A stretch of 64,000 bases of DNA from an uncultured Nitrospiraceae bacterium. Its GTDB lineage: Bacteria; Nitrospirota; Thermodesulfovibrionia; Thermodesulfovibrionales; Dissulfurispiraceae. Position numbers and translations under genes: made by a program. The DNA lies in the NCBI GenBank assembly GCA_963727805.1, contig CAVSHF010000005.1:64001-128000 (forward strand). The letters are read 5' to 3'. How positions within the stretch are numbered: position 1 is the stretch's first letter; each line of letters begins with the position of its first letter. The notes under the pieces are model-generated. The model worked only from the letters and a program-made list of their open reading frames with translations. It was not told the origin of the DNA and made no database searches. Positions 20,216-29,328 of this stretch are shown one piece after another.

Positions 20216-20656
20216 CTACGATTTATCTGTTGACACACGATGTTTGCAATATGCATACAGTGCATCATAGACAATGAACTCACGTTCCAGTATCTCATGA
20301 TCCGACAGCCCGAGCATGCTGAATCCTAGCGCTAACGCAAGCAGTCCCGGCGCTTCAGGCCTACCGTATAAATCGTTTGAAACGTCGGCCCCATGTACCA
20401 TTTTCGCGAGCAGGAGCAGTACAGGATCCGTTATTTTATACTCCGTCACAAGAGCCTCAAAGCTGCATCTTCCCTCATGATGTCAATATTTGACACCTGA
20501 AATGTCATAGGGGATTGCCTTCTATACCTCAGCTATCGGAAGAACGCTGTCTGTAGGAACAAACAGGAACTCCGCGTCTGGATCGATGAACTTCTTGATA
20601 AGCCATGGATAGGCAACTCGGTCAACTTTTACTTTTTCGCGCGTTATCCATTTCAT
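20216..20656 (-). pseudogene. ChrB C-terminal-domain protein (ChrF-like) with a frameshift and internal stops
   Basis: [33 protein letters not shown], then a frameshift, AIPYD...*HHEGRCSFE...VHGAD...YDALYAYC. Confidence 0.85.
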
Positions 20657-20669
20657 GATCTATCTCCTT

Positions 20670-21887
20670 TTATCTGCTACAGGTGCCGAATGCTTTAGCA
20701 TCCTTTTTCCCAAATGATAGCGTCTGTTTTCCCATGAAAAAGAGGAAAACGAGAGCGATGACCACGAGCAGTCCTCCTGGCGCGATAAACGCATAACTGA
20801 ATCCAAAATAGCCGGCGACAATGCCTGCAACAAGTGGACCGGTCGTATGGCCGATATCCATAATTGATCCCAGTACTCCCATTGCTGACCCTCGCTCCTC
20901 ACAACGACTTGCATCAGCAATGAGAGCTGATGTTGCGGAGGTCACGATGGACAGGCAGAGGCCGAGCAAAATGCTCGCTGTAAACATTGTTTCAAATGAG
21001 GGTGAGAGACCAAAAGAACTTATGCAGAGTGCTCCCATCAATGCTCCATAAAAAATCTGCGGCTTCCGCCCGTGTCTATCAGAAAAGCGTCCCATGAGAG
21101 GCTTCGTAAGAGCTAATGTCAGAACCTGTGAAGAAAGCATAATCCCGATTGCCGTTGTGCCGATACCAGCTTTTTGTGCGGTAAGCGGCACGAAGGTTTC
21201 AAAGGTTCCATAAGCAAAGAGTATTGAAGCTTCTACGATACTTGTGATAATGATGGTGCGGGACGAAACCACAGCCAGGAAGCCCTGTCGGATTCCATTC
21301 CAGGTTCTTCTTTCTTCGTGGTGCTCTTCAACAACCGGCATCCGCAGAGTCAGCCAAAGGGTAACGACACCCATAGCACCACAGAATGCGTAAACTGCTT
21401 CGAAGCGCATATCGCCTAGCAGTGTAACGGCACTCAGGATGACACCCCCGATAATCGGAGCGCAGAATCTACCCAGGAGGGTTGCCGTAGAAAACCAGCC
21501 CATCTTCTCGCCGCGCTGCTTAAGAAAAAGATCCGACACAAATGCCATGCCTACTGGCACAAATATGGCTGTTCCGAAGCCATGTAGGAAACGCACCAGT
21601 GCGAGCTGCCAGATCTGTTCCACTAACAGATACATAAAAGGTACAGTCGAAAACACCAAAGAGGAAAGAATCAGCAGTCTTCTGCGACCAAAGCGATCGG
21701 CCATCAAGCCGGCTGGAATACTGAACAGAACTCCGGTCAGGGCTGATACTGCAGCGACCATGCCGATCTCAGACGGGTCAGCTCCCAGATGGGCAGCGAA
21801 GAGCGGCAGCACCGGGCTCTTCGAGATCGTCGAACTGAAGATCGCAAAGAACCCGGTTATGCAGAGGAATCGAAACGGACTCATCAT
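20670..21887 (-). CDS. MFS transporter
   Basis: ADRFGRR and SDRHGRK loop motifs; about 12 TM segments. Confidence 0.93.
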   Translation of the reverse strand: MMSPFRFLCITGFFAIFSSTISKSPVLPLFAAHLGADPSEIGMVAAVSALTGVLFSIPAGLMADRFGRRRLLILSSLVFSTVPFMYLLVEQIWQLALVRFLHGFGTAIFVPVGMAFVSDLFLKQRGEKMGWFSTATLLGRFCAPIIGGVILSAVTLLGDMRFEAVYAFCGAMGVVTLWLTLRMPVVEEHHEERRTWNGIRQGFLAVVSSRTIIITSIVEASILFAYGTFETFVPLTAQKAGIGTTAIGIMLSSQVLTLALTKPLMGRFSDRHGRKPQIFYGALMGALCISSFGLSPSFETMFTASILLGLCLSIVTSATSALIADASRCEERGSAMGVLGSIMDIGHTTGPLVAGIVAGYFGFSYAFIAPGGLLVVIALVFLFFMGKQTLSFGKKDAKAFGTCSR

Positions 21888-21910
21888 ATCGGACTTTCCT
21901 CATCCAGAGT

Positions 21911-21960
21911 ACACGGGTGGCGGTTTCTGCGGAAATTGCGATAGAAACCACCTCCTGTGT
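21911..21960 (-). promoter_or_regulatory. Leader hairpin of the chr operon (candidate chrB-associated RNA motif)
   Basis: ACACAGGAGGTGGTTTCT...AGAAACCGCCACCCGTGT stem between the promoter and the first gene. Confidence 0.55.
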
Positions 21961-21987
21961 CCTTCAAACATCGTATCTTCTGATTCA

Positions 21988-22016
21988 AATGTAACATGCG
22001 TTACTTATTTTGTCAA
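21988..22016 (-). promoter_or_regulatory. Sigma70 promoter with an overlapping palindromic operator
   Basis: TTGACA - 17 bp - TACATT with a TG extension; palindrome GTAAC-N4-GTTAC at 21991-22004. Confidence 0.7.
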
Positions 22017-22261
22017 GCATAATTATTGAACGTTGTGCATCTCCCTCACAGACCACAAAATACAAAGACGTCTGCCTTACATGCTGTCCACGTAACGCAT
22101 ACTTGTGTATTCTGGTAAACATTAGTTTACTTGTGTGCAGTTCCTAGTGCACTCTGGCAAATGAGAGCTGCATTGTAGTCACTGTTACCTCATGCTTTGG
22201 TCATTTGTCCCGCTGACAATTACTGATTACAATATGTGTATCTGGTATACGGAGGTGCAAT

Positions 22262-25200
22262 ATGTCTTTCACGAAAAATACCCTCACTGAAATAATAGCC
22301 TCCCTCCGCCCTCGCTCACTGCAATTCATCAGGAGCCGGCGCGCAAAGACCATTGGAATAATCGCCCTTATCTCTTTCATCCTCTTTTCCATTATCGGCT
22401 TTTTCGTCCTGCCGCCCTACATCAAGCAAATCGCCATTGAGAAGCTAAGTAAAGAACTCGCCCGTGAAGTAAGCATAGAATCGATTAGCCTCAATCCCTA
22501 TACCCTTTCGGCCACAATCAAGGGAGTTGTCATTAAGGAGCCCGACAAGAGCCAGACTTTTGTTTCTCTTGGCAGCCTCCACCTGAATCTGGGGATGATG
22601 TCCCTTATCAAATGGGGTCTTGTTATCAAAGAGATCAAAGTCGAAAAACCTTATTTCCATATCGTCCGGACCGCTGCGAATTCCTATAATTTTTCCGATA
22701 TCATGGAACATGCTAATAAGCCTGCTGACACTGCGCCGCCTTCGAAGCCCTTGCGCTTCTCTCTGAATAATATCCAGATCACTGATGGAAGCATTGACTT
22801 TATAGACAGACCGATGGGAAAGGAACATGCGGTGCGCGCTCTCGCAATTTCCATTCCCTTCATCTCGAACCTGCCATCCTATGTAGACGCTTTTGTGGAG
22901 CCTTCGCTCAAAGCCACTGTCAATGGGACCGATGTCGTCTTCAAGGGCGACACAAAGCTCTTCTCAGACTCGCATGAGACGTCGCTGAACCTCAACCTCA
23001 AAGACTTCAACCTGCCCTTTTATCTGACCTATTTGCCCGTTAAGCCGAAGGCAAACATACGCTCTGGTCTTCTGGACATCGGCATAGTCCTCGCATATCG
23101 TCAATACCGAGACCGTCTTCCAACGCTTACGATCTCCGGTGATCTGCTGCTCAAAAAACTTGACATCGTCGATCTCAAGAATGCACCGGTGGCGAGTCTC
23201 GATTCTTTTGCCTTTTCGATTACGTCGGCTGAACTTTTTGATAAACGCTTCTCCTTCTCAAACATTGTGCTCCAGTCTCCCCACATCACGGTCACCCGCG
23301 ATAGCAGTGGAACTTTGACGCTTTTCAGCCTGCTCCCCGAGCAGTCCACCCCAGTCCAGAAGCAGGAAACCTCTTCGTCCACTGAAGCAAAGGTATCCGT
23401 GGAAGCGGGTAATGTCGAGGTCAGAAAGGGCGTCATCTCCTTTTCCGATGCGAGTACCACGAAACCCTTTACCACAAACCTGAGCCAGATAGAGGTGCGC
23501 GTGGCACACTTCAGCAACGCGAAAGACAAACAAACCACATTCTCCTCAGCCTTCATCACAGAGTCGGGAGAGATCGTGAAGGTGGACGGCGACTTCGGCA
23601 TGGACCCGCTCTTTTGTGAGGCGAAACTCTCATTAGCATCTCTTTCACTGAAGAAGTATATGCCCTATCTCGCAAAACAGGTCCGCTTTGACGTTGTTGG
23701 CGGGAATGTCGATTTGATGACCGGAATCAGATACCGTGCGAGCGGCGAGAAACCGGTGATGCAACTTACCGCCCTCGAAGCATCCCTTAAAGATTTCCGT
23801 GCCGCGATGAGGAATGAGAAGGCTGATTTCCTGAAAGTCCCCGCATTTTCGATCAAAGATACCACCATCGATCTTACGGAACAGAAGGTTGAAATCGGTT
23901 CTATGTCTACGGACAAAGGATTTATCGTTGTCCGTCGGGATAAGGATGGTTCTCTCAACCTTGCAAATCTGATGCCTCCCAGTCCGCACCCCGCAAAACC
24001 GCTTAAGCCCAAAGCTAAGGAGGCGAAGCCGCTGCCTTGGCTTATTACCATTCGTTCCCTGAATGCTGATCACTATGCTGCCAAGGTCGAAGATCTCTCG
24101 ACGGCCGAACCCTTCAGGCTCGATCTCGACGGGATCGCGTTCAAGGCGGAAGGCCTCTCAACAGCAAAAGATACCAAAGCCACGACCTCCTTTTCGTGTC
24201 GCGTCGCCAAAAAGGGAACAGTGACAGCATCGGGGAACGTTTTCCTTGAACCGCTCAAAGTAGCGCTGTCCATCAATGTCAAGAACCTGCCTGTTGCGCC
24301 TTTGCAACCTTACGTAGCGGATAAGGTCAAGGTGTTAATCGCTGGTGGCGCCGTCAATGCCGGCGGGAGGGTCACCGCCTTCATGTCCCCAAAGGAAGGC
24401 CTCAAGGCTTCGTACAAGGGTAAAGTCTGGATAAACCACTTTGCCACTGCGGACCGCGCTACCGCTGAGGACCTGCTCAAGTGGGACACACTCTACCTCG
24501 GCGAAATGGATGTCCGTTATGCTCCTCTTTTTGTTCATATCAATGAGATAGCCCTTACTAATTTCTATTCACGCATCGTCATAAGTGAGAACCGGACGAT
24601 AAATCTGCAGGAGGTCTTCAATACCTCCCAGCCTCAACAGCAGGCTGCCGTTCAGGGACAACCGGCGCAGACAGCAACGCCGCCCGCTGCCAGCGCTCAG
24701 CAGGCTCCTCAGCAGAAGCCTGAACAGAAGAATATAAGTATCGACAAGATCACACTCCAGGGTGGTACTATTGACTTCACCGACCATAGCGTCAAGCCTT
24801 CCTTCAGCGCAAACCTCCTCGAAATAGGCGGTAGCATCTCTGGGTTATCATCGGAAGAAAACAAGTTTGGCGATATCGATCTCAGGGGCAAGTATGACCG
24901 TTATGCACCACTTGAAATCACCGGCAAGATCAACCCGCTCAGAGACGATCTTTATGTTCAACTAAAAGCTGACTTCAAGGATATGGACCTTACCGCGGCA
25001 ACCCCTTATTCAGGCCGTTATGCAGGATACACTATCCAGAAAGGTAAGCTTTCCTTTCAAGTCGAATACCTGATCGTAAAGAGCAAACTGGATGCCAAGA
25101 ACACCGTCTTTCTTGACCAGTTTACTTTTGGCGAGCACGTCGAAAGTCCGAATGCGACAAAACTACCGGTAAAGCTTGCTATCGCTCTGCTGAAGAACCG

Positions 25201-25924
25201 AAGAGGCGAGATTAAGCTCGACATCCCTGTAAGTGGTGATATCAACGATCCGAAGTTCAGCATCGGCAGCATCATTCTCAAAATCCTCCTCAACCTTCTT
25301 GCAAAGGCAGCTACCTCGCCATTCGCCTTACTGGGAGCCGTATTTGGCGGCGGCGGAGAGCAGCTCAGCTATATCGAGTTTGATTACGGAGTATCCACAT
25401 TTTCAGATGAATCGAAGAAGAAGCTCGACACACTCGTTAAGATACTCGAAGATCGACCGGGACTCAAGATGGATATCGAGGGTCACGCCGACCTTGAGAA
25501 AGACCGCGAAGGACTTAAACATTATCTTATAACGCGTAAGGTGAAAGCACAAAAGATTAAAGACCTCACCAAGAAGGGAAAAGAGGCACCATCCCTTAAT
25601 ACCGTGACGGTAACAGACCAGGAGTATCCTGAATACCTGAAGCGTGCCTACAAGGAGGAAAAGTTTCCCAAGCCTCGGAACCTTATCGGCATGGCCAAGG
25701 ACCTGCCGGTGCCGGAGATGGAGAAACTAATGCTCACCAACATGAAGGTGACCGATGAAGACTTGAAAGCCTTGGCATCTGAGCGTGCAATGGCGATCAA
25801 AGATTACCTTTTGAAATCGAAGGAGATCGAACAGGAGCGCATTTTTCTCATCGACCCCAAGTCACTGCAGGCCGAGAAAAAGGAGTCGGCGAAAGCAAGC
25901 CGGGTGGATTTCAAGCTTAAATGA
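22262..25924 (+). CDS. DUF748 domain (AsmA-like) envelope protein
   Basis: N-terminal TM, repeated beta-rich NF/L-SD modules, PYSGRYAGY, AATSPF and an OmpA-like C-terminus. Confidence 0.85.
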   Translation: MSFTKNTLTEIIASLRPRSLQFIRSRRAKTIGIIALISFILFSIIGFFVLPPYIKQIAIEKLSKELAREVSIESISLNPYTLSATIKGVVIKEPDKSQTFVSLGSLHLNLGMMSLIKWGLVIKEIKVEKPYFHIVRTAANSYNFSDIMEHANKPADTAPPSKPLRFSLNNIQITDGSIDFIDRPMGKEHAVRALAISIPFISNLPSYVDAFVEPSLKATVNGTDVVFKGDTKLFSDSHETSLNLNLKDFNLPFYLTYLPVKPKANIRSGLLDIGIVLAYRQYRDRLPTLTISGDLLLKKLDIVDLKNAPVASLDSFAFSITSAELFDKRFSFSNIVLQSPHITVTRDSSGTLTLFSLLPEQSTPVQKQETSSSTEAKVSVEAGNVEVRKGVISFSDASTTKPFTTNLSQIEVRVAHFSNAKDKQTTFSSAFITESGEIVKVDGDFGMDPLFCEAKLSLASLSLKKYMPYLAKQVRFDVVGGNVDLMTGIRYRASGEKPVMQLTALEASLKDFRAAMRNEKADFLKVPAFSIKDTTIDLTEQKVEIGSMSTDKGFIVVRRDKDGSLNLANLMPPSPHPAKPLKPKAKEAKPLPWLITIRSLNADHYAAKVEDLSTAEPFRLDLDGIAFKAEGLSTAKDTKATTSFSCRVAKKGTVTASGNVFLEPLKVALSINVKNLPVAPLQPYVADKVKVLIAGGAVNAGGRVTAFMSPKEGLKASYKGKVWINHFATADRATAEDLLKWDTLYLGEMDVRYAPLFVHINEIALTNFYSRIVISENRTINLQEVFNTSQPQQQAAVQGQPAQTATPPAASAQQAPQQKPEQKNISIDKITLQGGTIDFTDHSVKPSFSANLLEIGGSISGLSSEENKFGDIDLRGKYDRYAPLEITGKINPLRDDLYVQLKADFKDMDLTAATPYSGRYAGYTIQKGKLSFQVEYLIVKSKLDAKNTVFLDQFTFGEHVESPNATKLPVKLAIALLKNRRGEIKLDIPVSGDINDPKFSIGSIILKILLNLLAKAATSPFALLGAVFGGGGEQLSYIEFDYGVSTFSDESKKKLDTLVKILEDRPGLKMDIEGHADLEKDREGLKHYLITRKVKAQKIKDLTKKGKEAPSLNTVTVTDQEYPEYLKRAYKEEKFPKPRNLIGMAKDLPVPEMEKLMLTNMKVTDEDLKALASERAMAIKDYLLKSKEIEQERIFLIDPKSLQAEKKESAKASRVDFKLK

Positions 25925-25944
25925 TCCATAAGGAGGATAGACAC

Positions 25945-26673
25945 ATGAAGACTGCTGTAATAGCAATACTGTTTCTGCTAATAGCCTACCTTACCGGGGC
26001 TTCAGCCGGATTGTTCGATGATGCCCTGAAGGCCGTTGAGCAGCCGTCGCCAAAGGCATCGCAAAAGTCTCCCGACGAAAAAACGACCGCCTCAGGCCTC
26101 CAAGAGGCACTTACTATCGGGACCAAGAACGCTGTCAAAGAGGTCTCCAAGGTCAACGGATATTTCGGTAACGAGGCCATAAAGATATTGCTGCCCGACA
26201 AGATCAAAAAGGCGGGCGATATGCTTAGCACTATCGGCTTCAAGAAGGAAGTGAACGATTTCGTCCTGAGCATGAACCAAGCTGCTGAAAAGGCGGCTCC
26301 TAAGGCATTGCCGATCTTCGAGGACGCAATCAAGCATATGACCTTTGACGACGCGAAGAAGATCCTACAGGGTGGCGATACAGCAGCGACCGCTTTTTTC
26401 AAGGAAAAAACGCAAGTCAAACTGTTCGACGAATTCAAGCCAGTTGTTACCGGAAGTATGGAAAAGGTCGGCGTTGCGCAGTCATACAAGAAAATGACGG
26501 CAGGATATGATCAGTTGCCTTTCGTGAAGAAAGAAGATGTGGATCTTGATCAGTATATTACAAATAAAGCCCTCGATGGACTGTACTACATGGTCGGGCA
26601 GGAGGAGAAAAAAATCAGGACCGACCCCGCTGCACAAGTTACCGACCTGCTAAAGAAGGTGTTTGGAAAATAG
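25945..26673 (+). CDS. DUF4197 domain protein
   Basis: GLQEALTIG, SMNQAAEKA, ALDGL and EEKKIRTDP motifs; RBS AGGAGG. Confidence 0.9.
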   Translation: MKTAVIAILFLLIAYLTGASAGLFDDALKAVEQPSPKASQKSPDEKTTASGLQEALTIGTKNAVKEVSKVNGYFGNEAIKILLPDKIKKAGDMLSTIGFKKEVNDFVLSMNQAAEKAAPKALPIFEDAIKHMTFDDAKKILQGGDTAATAFFKEKTQVKLFDEFKPVVTGSMEKVGVAQSYKKMTAGYDQLPFVKKEDVDLDQYITNKALDGLYYMVGQEEKKIRTDPAAQVTDLLKKVFGK

Positions 26674-26844
26674 CAGGACAAAGCACAGTTGATTTGCCGG
26701 CCACACAGGATGATCAATGGATACCCAATGGGATATGTCCATGTATATTGTCGGGATAGTTACTGATGTTCTGAACTCCTTACGAATACATGCCAGGCAC
26801 AGTGAAAAGACGAACCACTAGCCCAACACATGAGGTGGCAGCAA

Positions 26845-27321
26845 GTGCGACTTTGGACAATCCATCCGAAATATCTCGACCTCCGTGGTCTAGTAGCAGT
26901 ATGGCGAGAAGCCTTGCTTGCCCAAAAGGTGTTGCGTGGGCAAACCGTTGGCTATCGGGCTCATCCACAACTCATCCGCTTCCGCATCCAGCCGCGCCCG
27001 GTCACTTCCATTGCACAATATCTGCTGGGTATCTATGCGGAGGCTGTTGCAAGAGGGTATGGATTCGATCCATCCAGGATCGGACGCAGTCGATCATCGC
27101 AAAAAATCGTCGAAACCGACGGGCAATTGCTTTATGAGTGGCAACTCCTTAAGGATAAGCTGCAAATGCGAAGCCCCGACGAGTTTATGAGGATAAGACA
27201 TGTGACATCGCCCGAACCGCATCCTTTATTTACTATTATTCGCGGCAATGTGCGCGAGTGGGAGCGCGTCAGGGTCATCGGCTCAAGTAACATTAGTAGA
27301 AGCAGTGAGTTGCATAGCTGA
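26845..27321 (+). CDS. Pyrimidine dimer DNA glycosylase/endonuclease V family protein
   Basis: RLWTIHPKYLD..GLVAVWREALLAQKVL.G.T.GY..HPQL.RF. Confidence 0.88.
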   Translation: MRLWTIHPKYLDLRGLVAVWREALLAQKVLRGQTVGYRAHPQLIRFRIQPRPVTSIAQYLLGIYAEAVARGYGFDPSRIGRSRSSQKIVETDGQLLYEWQLLKDKLQMRSPDEFMRIRHVTSPEPHPLFTIIRGNVREWERVRVIGSSNISRSSELHS

Positions 27322-27354
27322 ATTTAAACTACCGGGAAAAAGTTAACGATAAAC

Positions 27355-27963
27355 ATGAAGGTATCAGTCATTCTTGCTCATCCTCAGAAGGGCAGTTTCA
27401 ATAGTGCCATAGCGTTAACAACCGTTGATCAGTTAAAACGGAATGGTCATGAAGTCCGTTTCCATGATTTGTACGAGGAAAAGTTCGATCCCATTCTCAA
27501 GGATACTGAAATACCGAAAAATGCTGACTTGCCGGGATCAGTAGCCGATCACTGCAGGGAAATTGCTGAAGCAGAAGGCATAGTGATTGTCCATCCAAAC
27601 TGGTGGGGGCAACCTCCGGCAATTTTGAAGGGCTGGATTGACAGAGTTATGCGCCCGGGAGTTGCGTACGAATTTCTTGACAACGATGCCGGAGAAGGCA
27701 TACCGAACGGGTTACTCAAGGCAAGCGTTGCCATTGTGTTCAATACGTCGAACACCGAAACAGTAAGGGAAAAGATCATTTTTGGCGATCCTCTAGAAAC
27801 AATATGGAAAAACTGTATATTCGCGCTTTGCGGTATCGGAACTGTTTACCGGCGGATGTTCAATGTCATTGTCACAAGCACGGAAGAGGAGCGGAATATC
27901 TGGTTAGACGAGGTTAGGCAATCGGTTAACGAATTATTTCCATACTATCGACCCCCTCAGTAA
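27355..27963 (+). CDS. NAD(P)H-dependent oxidoreductase (flavodoxin-like fold)
   Basis: AHP..GSFN, DLYEEKFDP and PNWWGQPPAILKGWIDRV motifs. Confidence 0.92.
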   Translation: MKVSVILAHPQKGSFNSAIALTTVDQLKRNGHEVRFHDLYEEKFDPILKDTEIPKNADLPGSVADHCREIAEAEGIVIVHPNWWGQPPAILKGWIDRVMRPGVAYEFLDNDAGEGIPNGLLKASVAIVFNTSNTETVREKIIFGDPLETIWKNCIFALCGIGTVYRRMFNVIVTSTEEERNIWLDEVRQSVNELFPYYRPPQ

Positions 27964-28023
27964 GCCTCACCTTACAGTCAGCGGTTTGGATTGCTCAGCT
28001 GATTTCGGGTATTCTATAACCAT

Positions 28024-28908
28024 ATGATTAAAGATATCACCGAGAGGCTCTATTCCGATATCCCGAAGGAAACCCTCTATCACTATACCACGTTTACGGG
28101 CCTGCTTGGCATTGTAAAAAGCGGAGCGCTATGGGCTAGCGACATCCGCTATATGAACGACTCGGCAGAGATGAAACATACTGCTGATCTCATTGGCACC
28201 GAGATTGCTCAACGCATAGCCGGCGGACACTCGAATCCTAATTTACTGAACCAGTTTATGGACTGGGTATCGCACCGGTTCACCAATGGACATATGTTGT
28301 TCGGCGCATCATTCAGGTCCAATGGTAATCTGCTGAGCCAATGGCGCGGTTATAGCTCACTTGGCAAAGGTGTGAGTATAGGCTTTGATCCGGCCCATTT
28401 ATTGAAGTGCGCTGTGCGACAGTCGTTTCAGGTCGGTAAGTGTATCTATGCATCTTCGGAACAACTTGCACTTATCAAGCAAGTGGTTGATGCGGTAGAA
28501 ATTCTTGCGGAGGAGCGTGTCGGGAATGCCGACGAGTCAAAAGGGCATACGGCTCAATCTTATTACGAGGTTTTTGAAAAAATAGAAAGTGATCTTCTCC
28601 GCATCGCGGCCATATTAAAACACCCATCGTTTCAGGAGGAAGAGGAATGGCGCATTGTATCTCCGGTCCTGACTGATTATGTAACGTCCCCGGTCCTGTT
28701 CCGGGAAGGCACCTCGATGCTCGTGCCGTACCTTGCGTTCGGTCTCCTGCCCGAAAAAAAAGGTCCCATACCTTTGGAGCACATTTTCCTCGGGCCGACA
28801 CCTAACATCAATCTTTCCATGAATTCACTGACTATGTTTCTGTCGCAGAAAGGCATCAAGCCCAGGAATGGGATAGCATACTGCCAGATTCCTTATCGTC
28901 AGCGGTAA
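28024..28908 (+). CDS. DUF2971 domain protein
   Basis: LYHYT, YMND, LLSQWRGY and KHPSFQEEEEWR motifs. Confidence 0.85.
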   Translation: MIKDITERLYSDIPKETLYHYTTFTGLLGIVKSGALWASDIRYMNDSAEMKHTADLIGTEIAQRIAGGHSNPNLLNQFMDWVSHRFTNGHMLFGASFRSNGNLLSQWRGYSSLGKGVSIGFDPAHLLKCAVRQSFQVGKCIYASSEQLALIKQVVDAVEILAEERVGNADESKGHTAQSYYEVFEKIESDLLRIAAILKHPSFQEEEEWRIVSPVLTDYVTSPVLFREGTSMLVPYLAFGLLPEKKGPIPLEHIFLGPTPNINLSMNSLTMFLSQKGIKPRNGIAYCQIPYRQR

Positions 28909-28935
28909 CAAGGCCCGACTTGGCGAGGACCGTGA

Positions 28936-29301
28936 CTAAGGCTTTTGTTCGATATACTCTCCCGAGTCGACAAGTATAGAGTCGCGTAAGGGCTGAATGT
29001 GAAAATAGATCCACGCGTCAACGCTGCTTCCATCTTCGAGCTTTACGGGAACGAGCTCCCTTTTATTGATGCGCGGGTGCCCCTGGAAACGGTCGATTAA
29101 CATCAGCATCTCTTCAGTCACAGAGTAGACCTCGCCCTTAATCTTCGTTACCGGACGCTTGGTTACCACAGGTTTATTCTTGATGATGAAAAGTGCATAA
29201 TCTTCTACCGTGCCGGCACGCCCCAGTAAAGTAGCACCTGATATGAGCCCGTTATTACGGCCTCCCTGCCGAAGCGTCCCGTGAGCGAACAGATAATGCA
29301 T
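28936..29301 (-). CDS. Gamma-glutamylcyclotransferase family protein
   Basis: LFAHGTLRQG, IKGEVY and AWIY motifs. Confidence 0.85.
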   Translation of the reverse strand: MHYLFAHGTLRQGGRNNGLISGATLLGRAGTVEDYALFIIKNKPVVTKRPVTKIKGEVYSVTEEMLMLIDRFQGHPRINKRELVPVKLEDGSSVDAWIYFHIQPLRDSILVDSGEYIEQKP

Positions 29302-29328
29302 CTTTTATACCTCCCGAATTAAGGTTTT

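Noticed and set aside
20480..20490. TGA in the chrF-like gene as selenocysteine
   Set aside because: It is not at a Cys-type position and the gene also has a frameshift.
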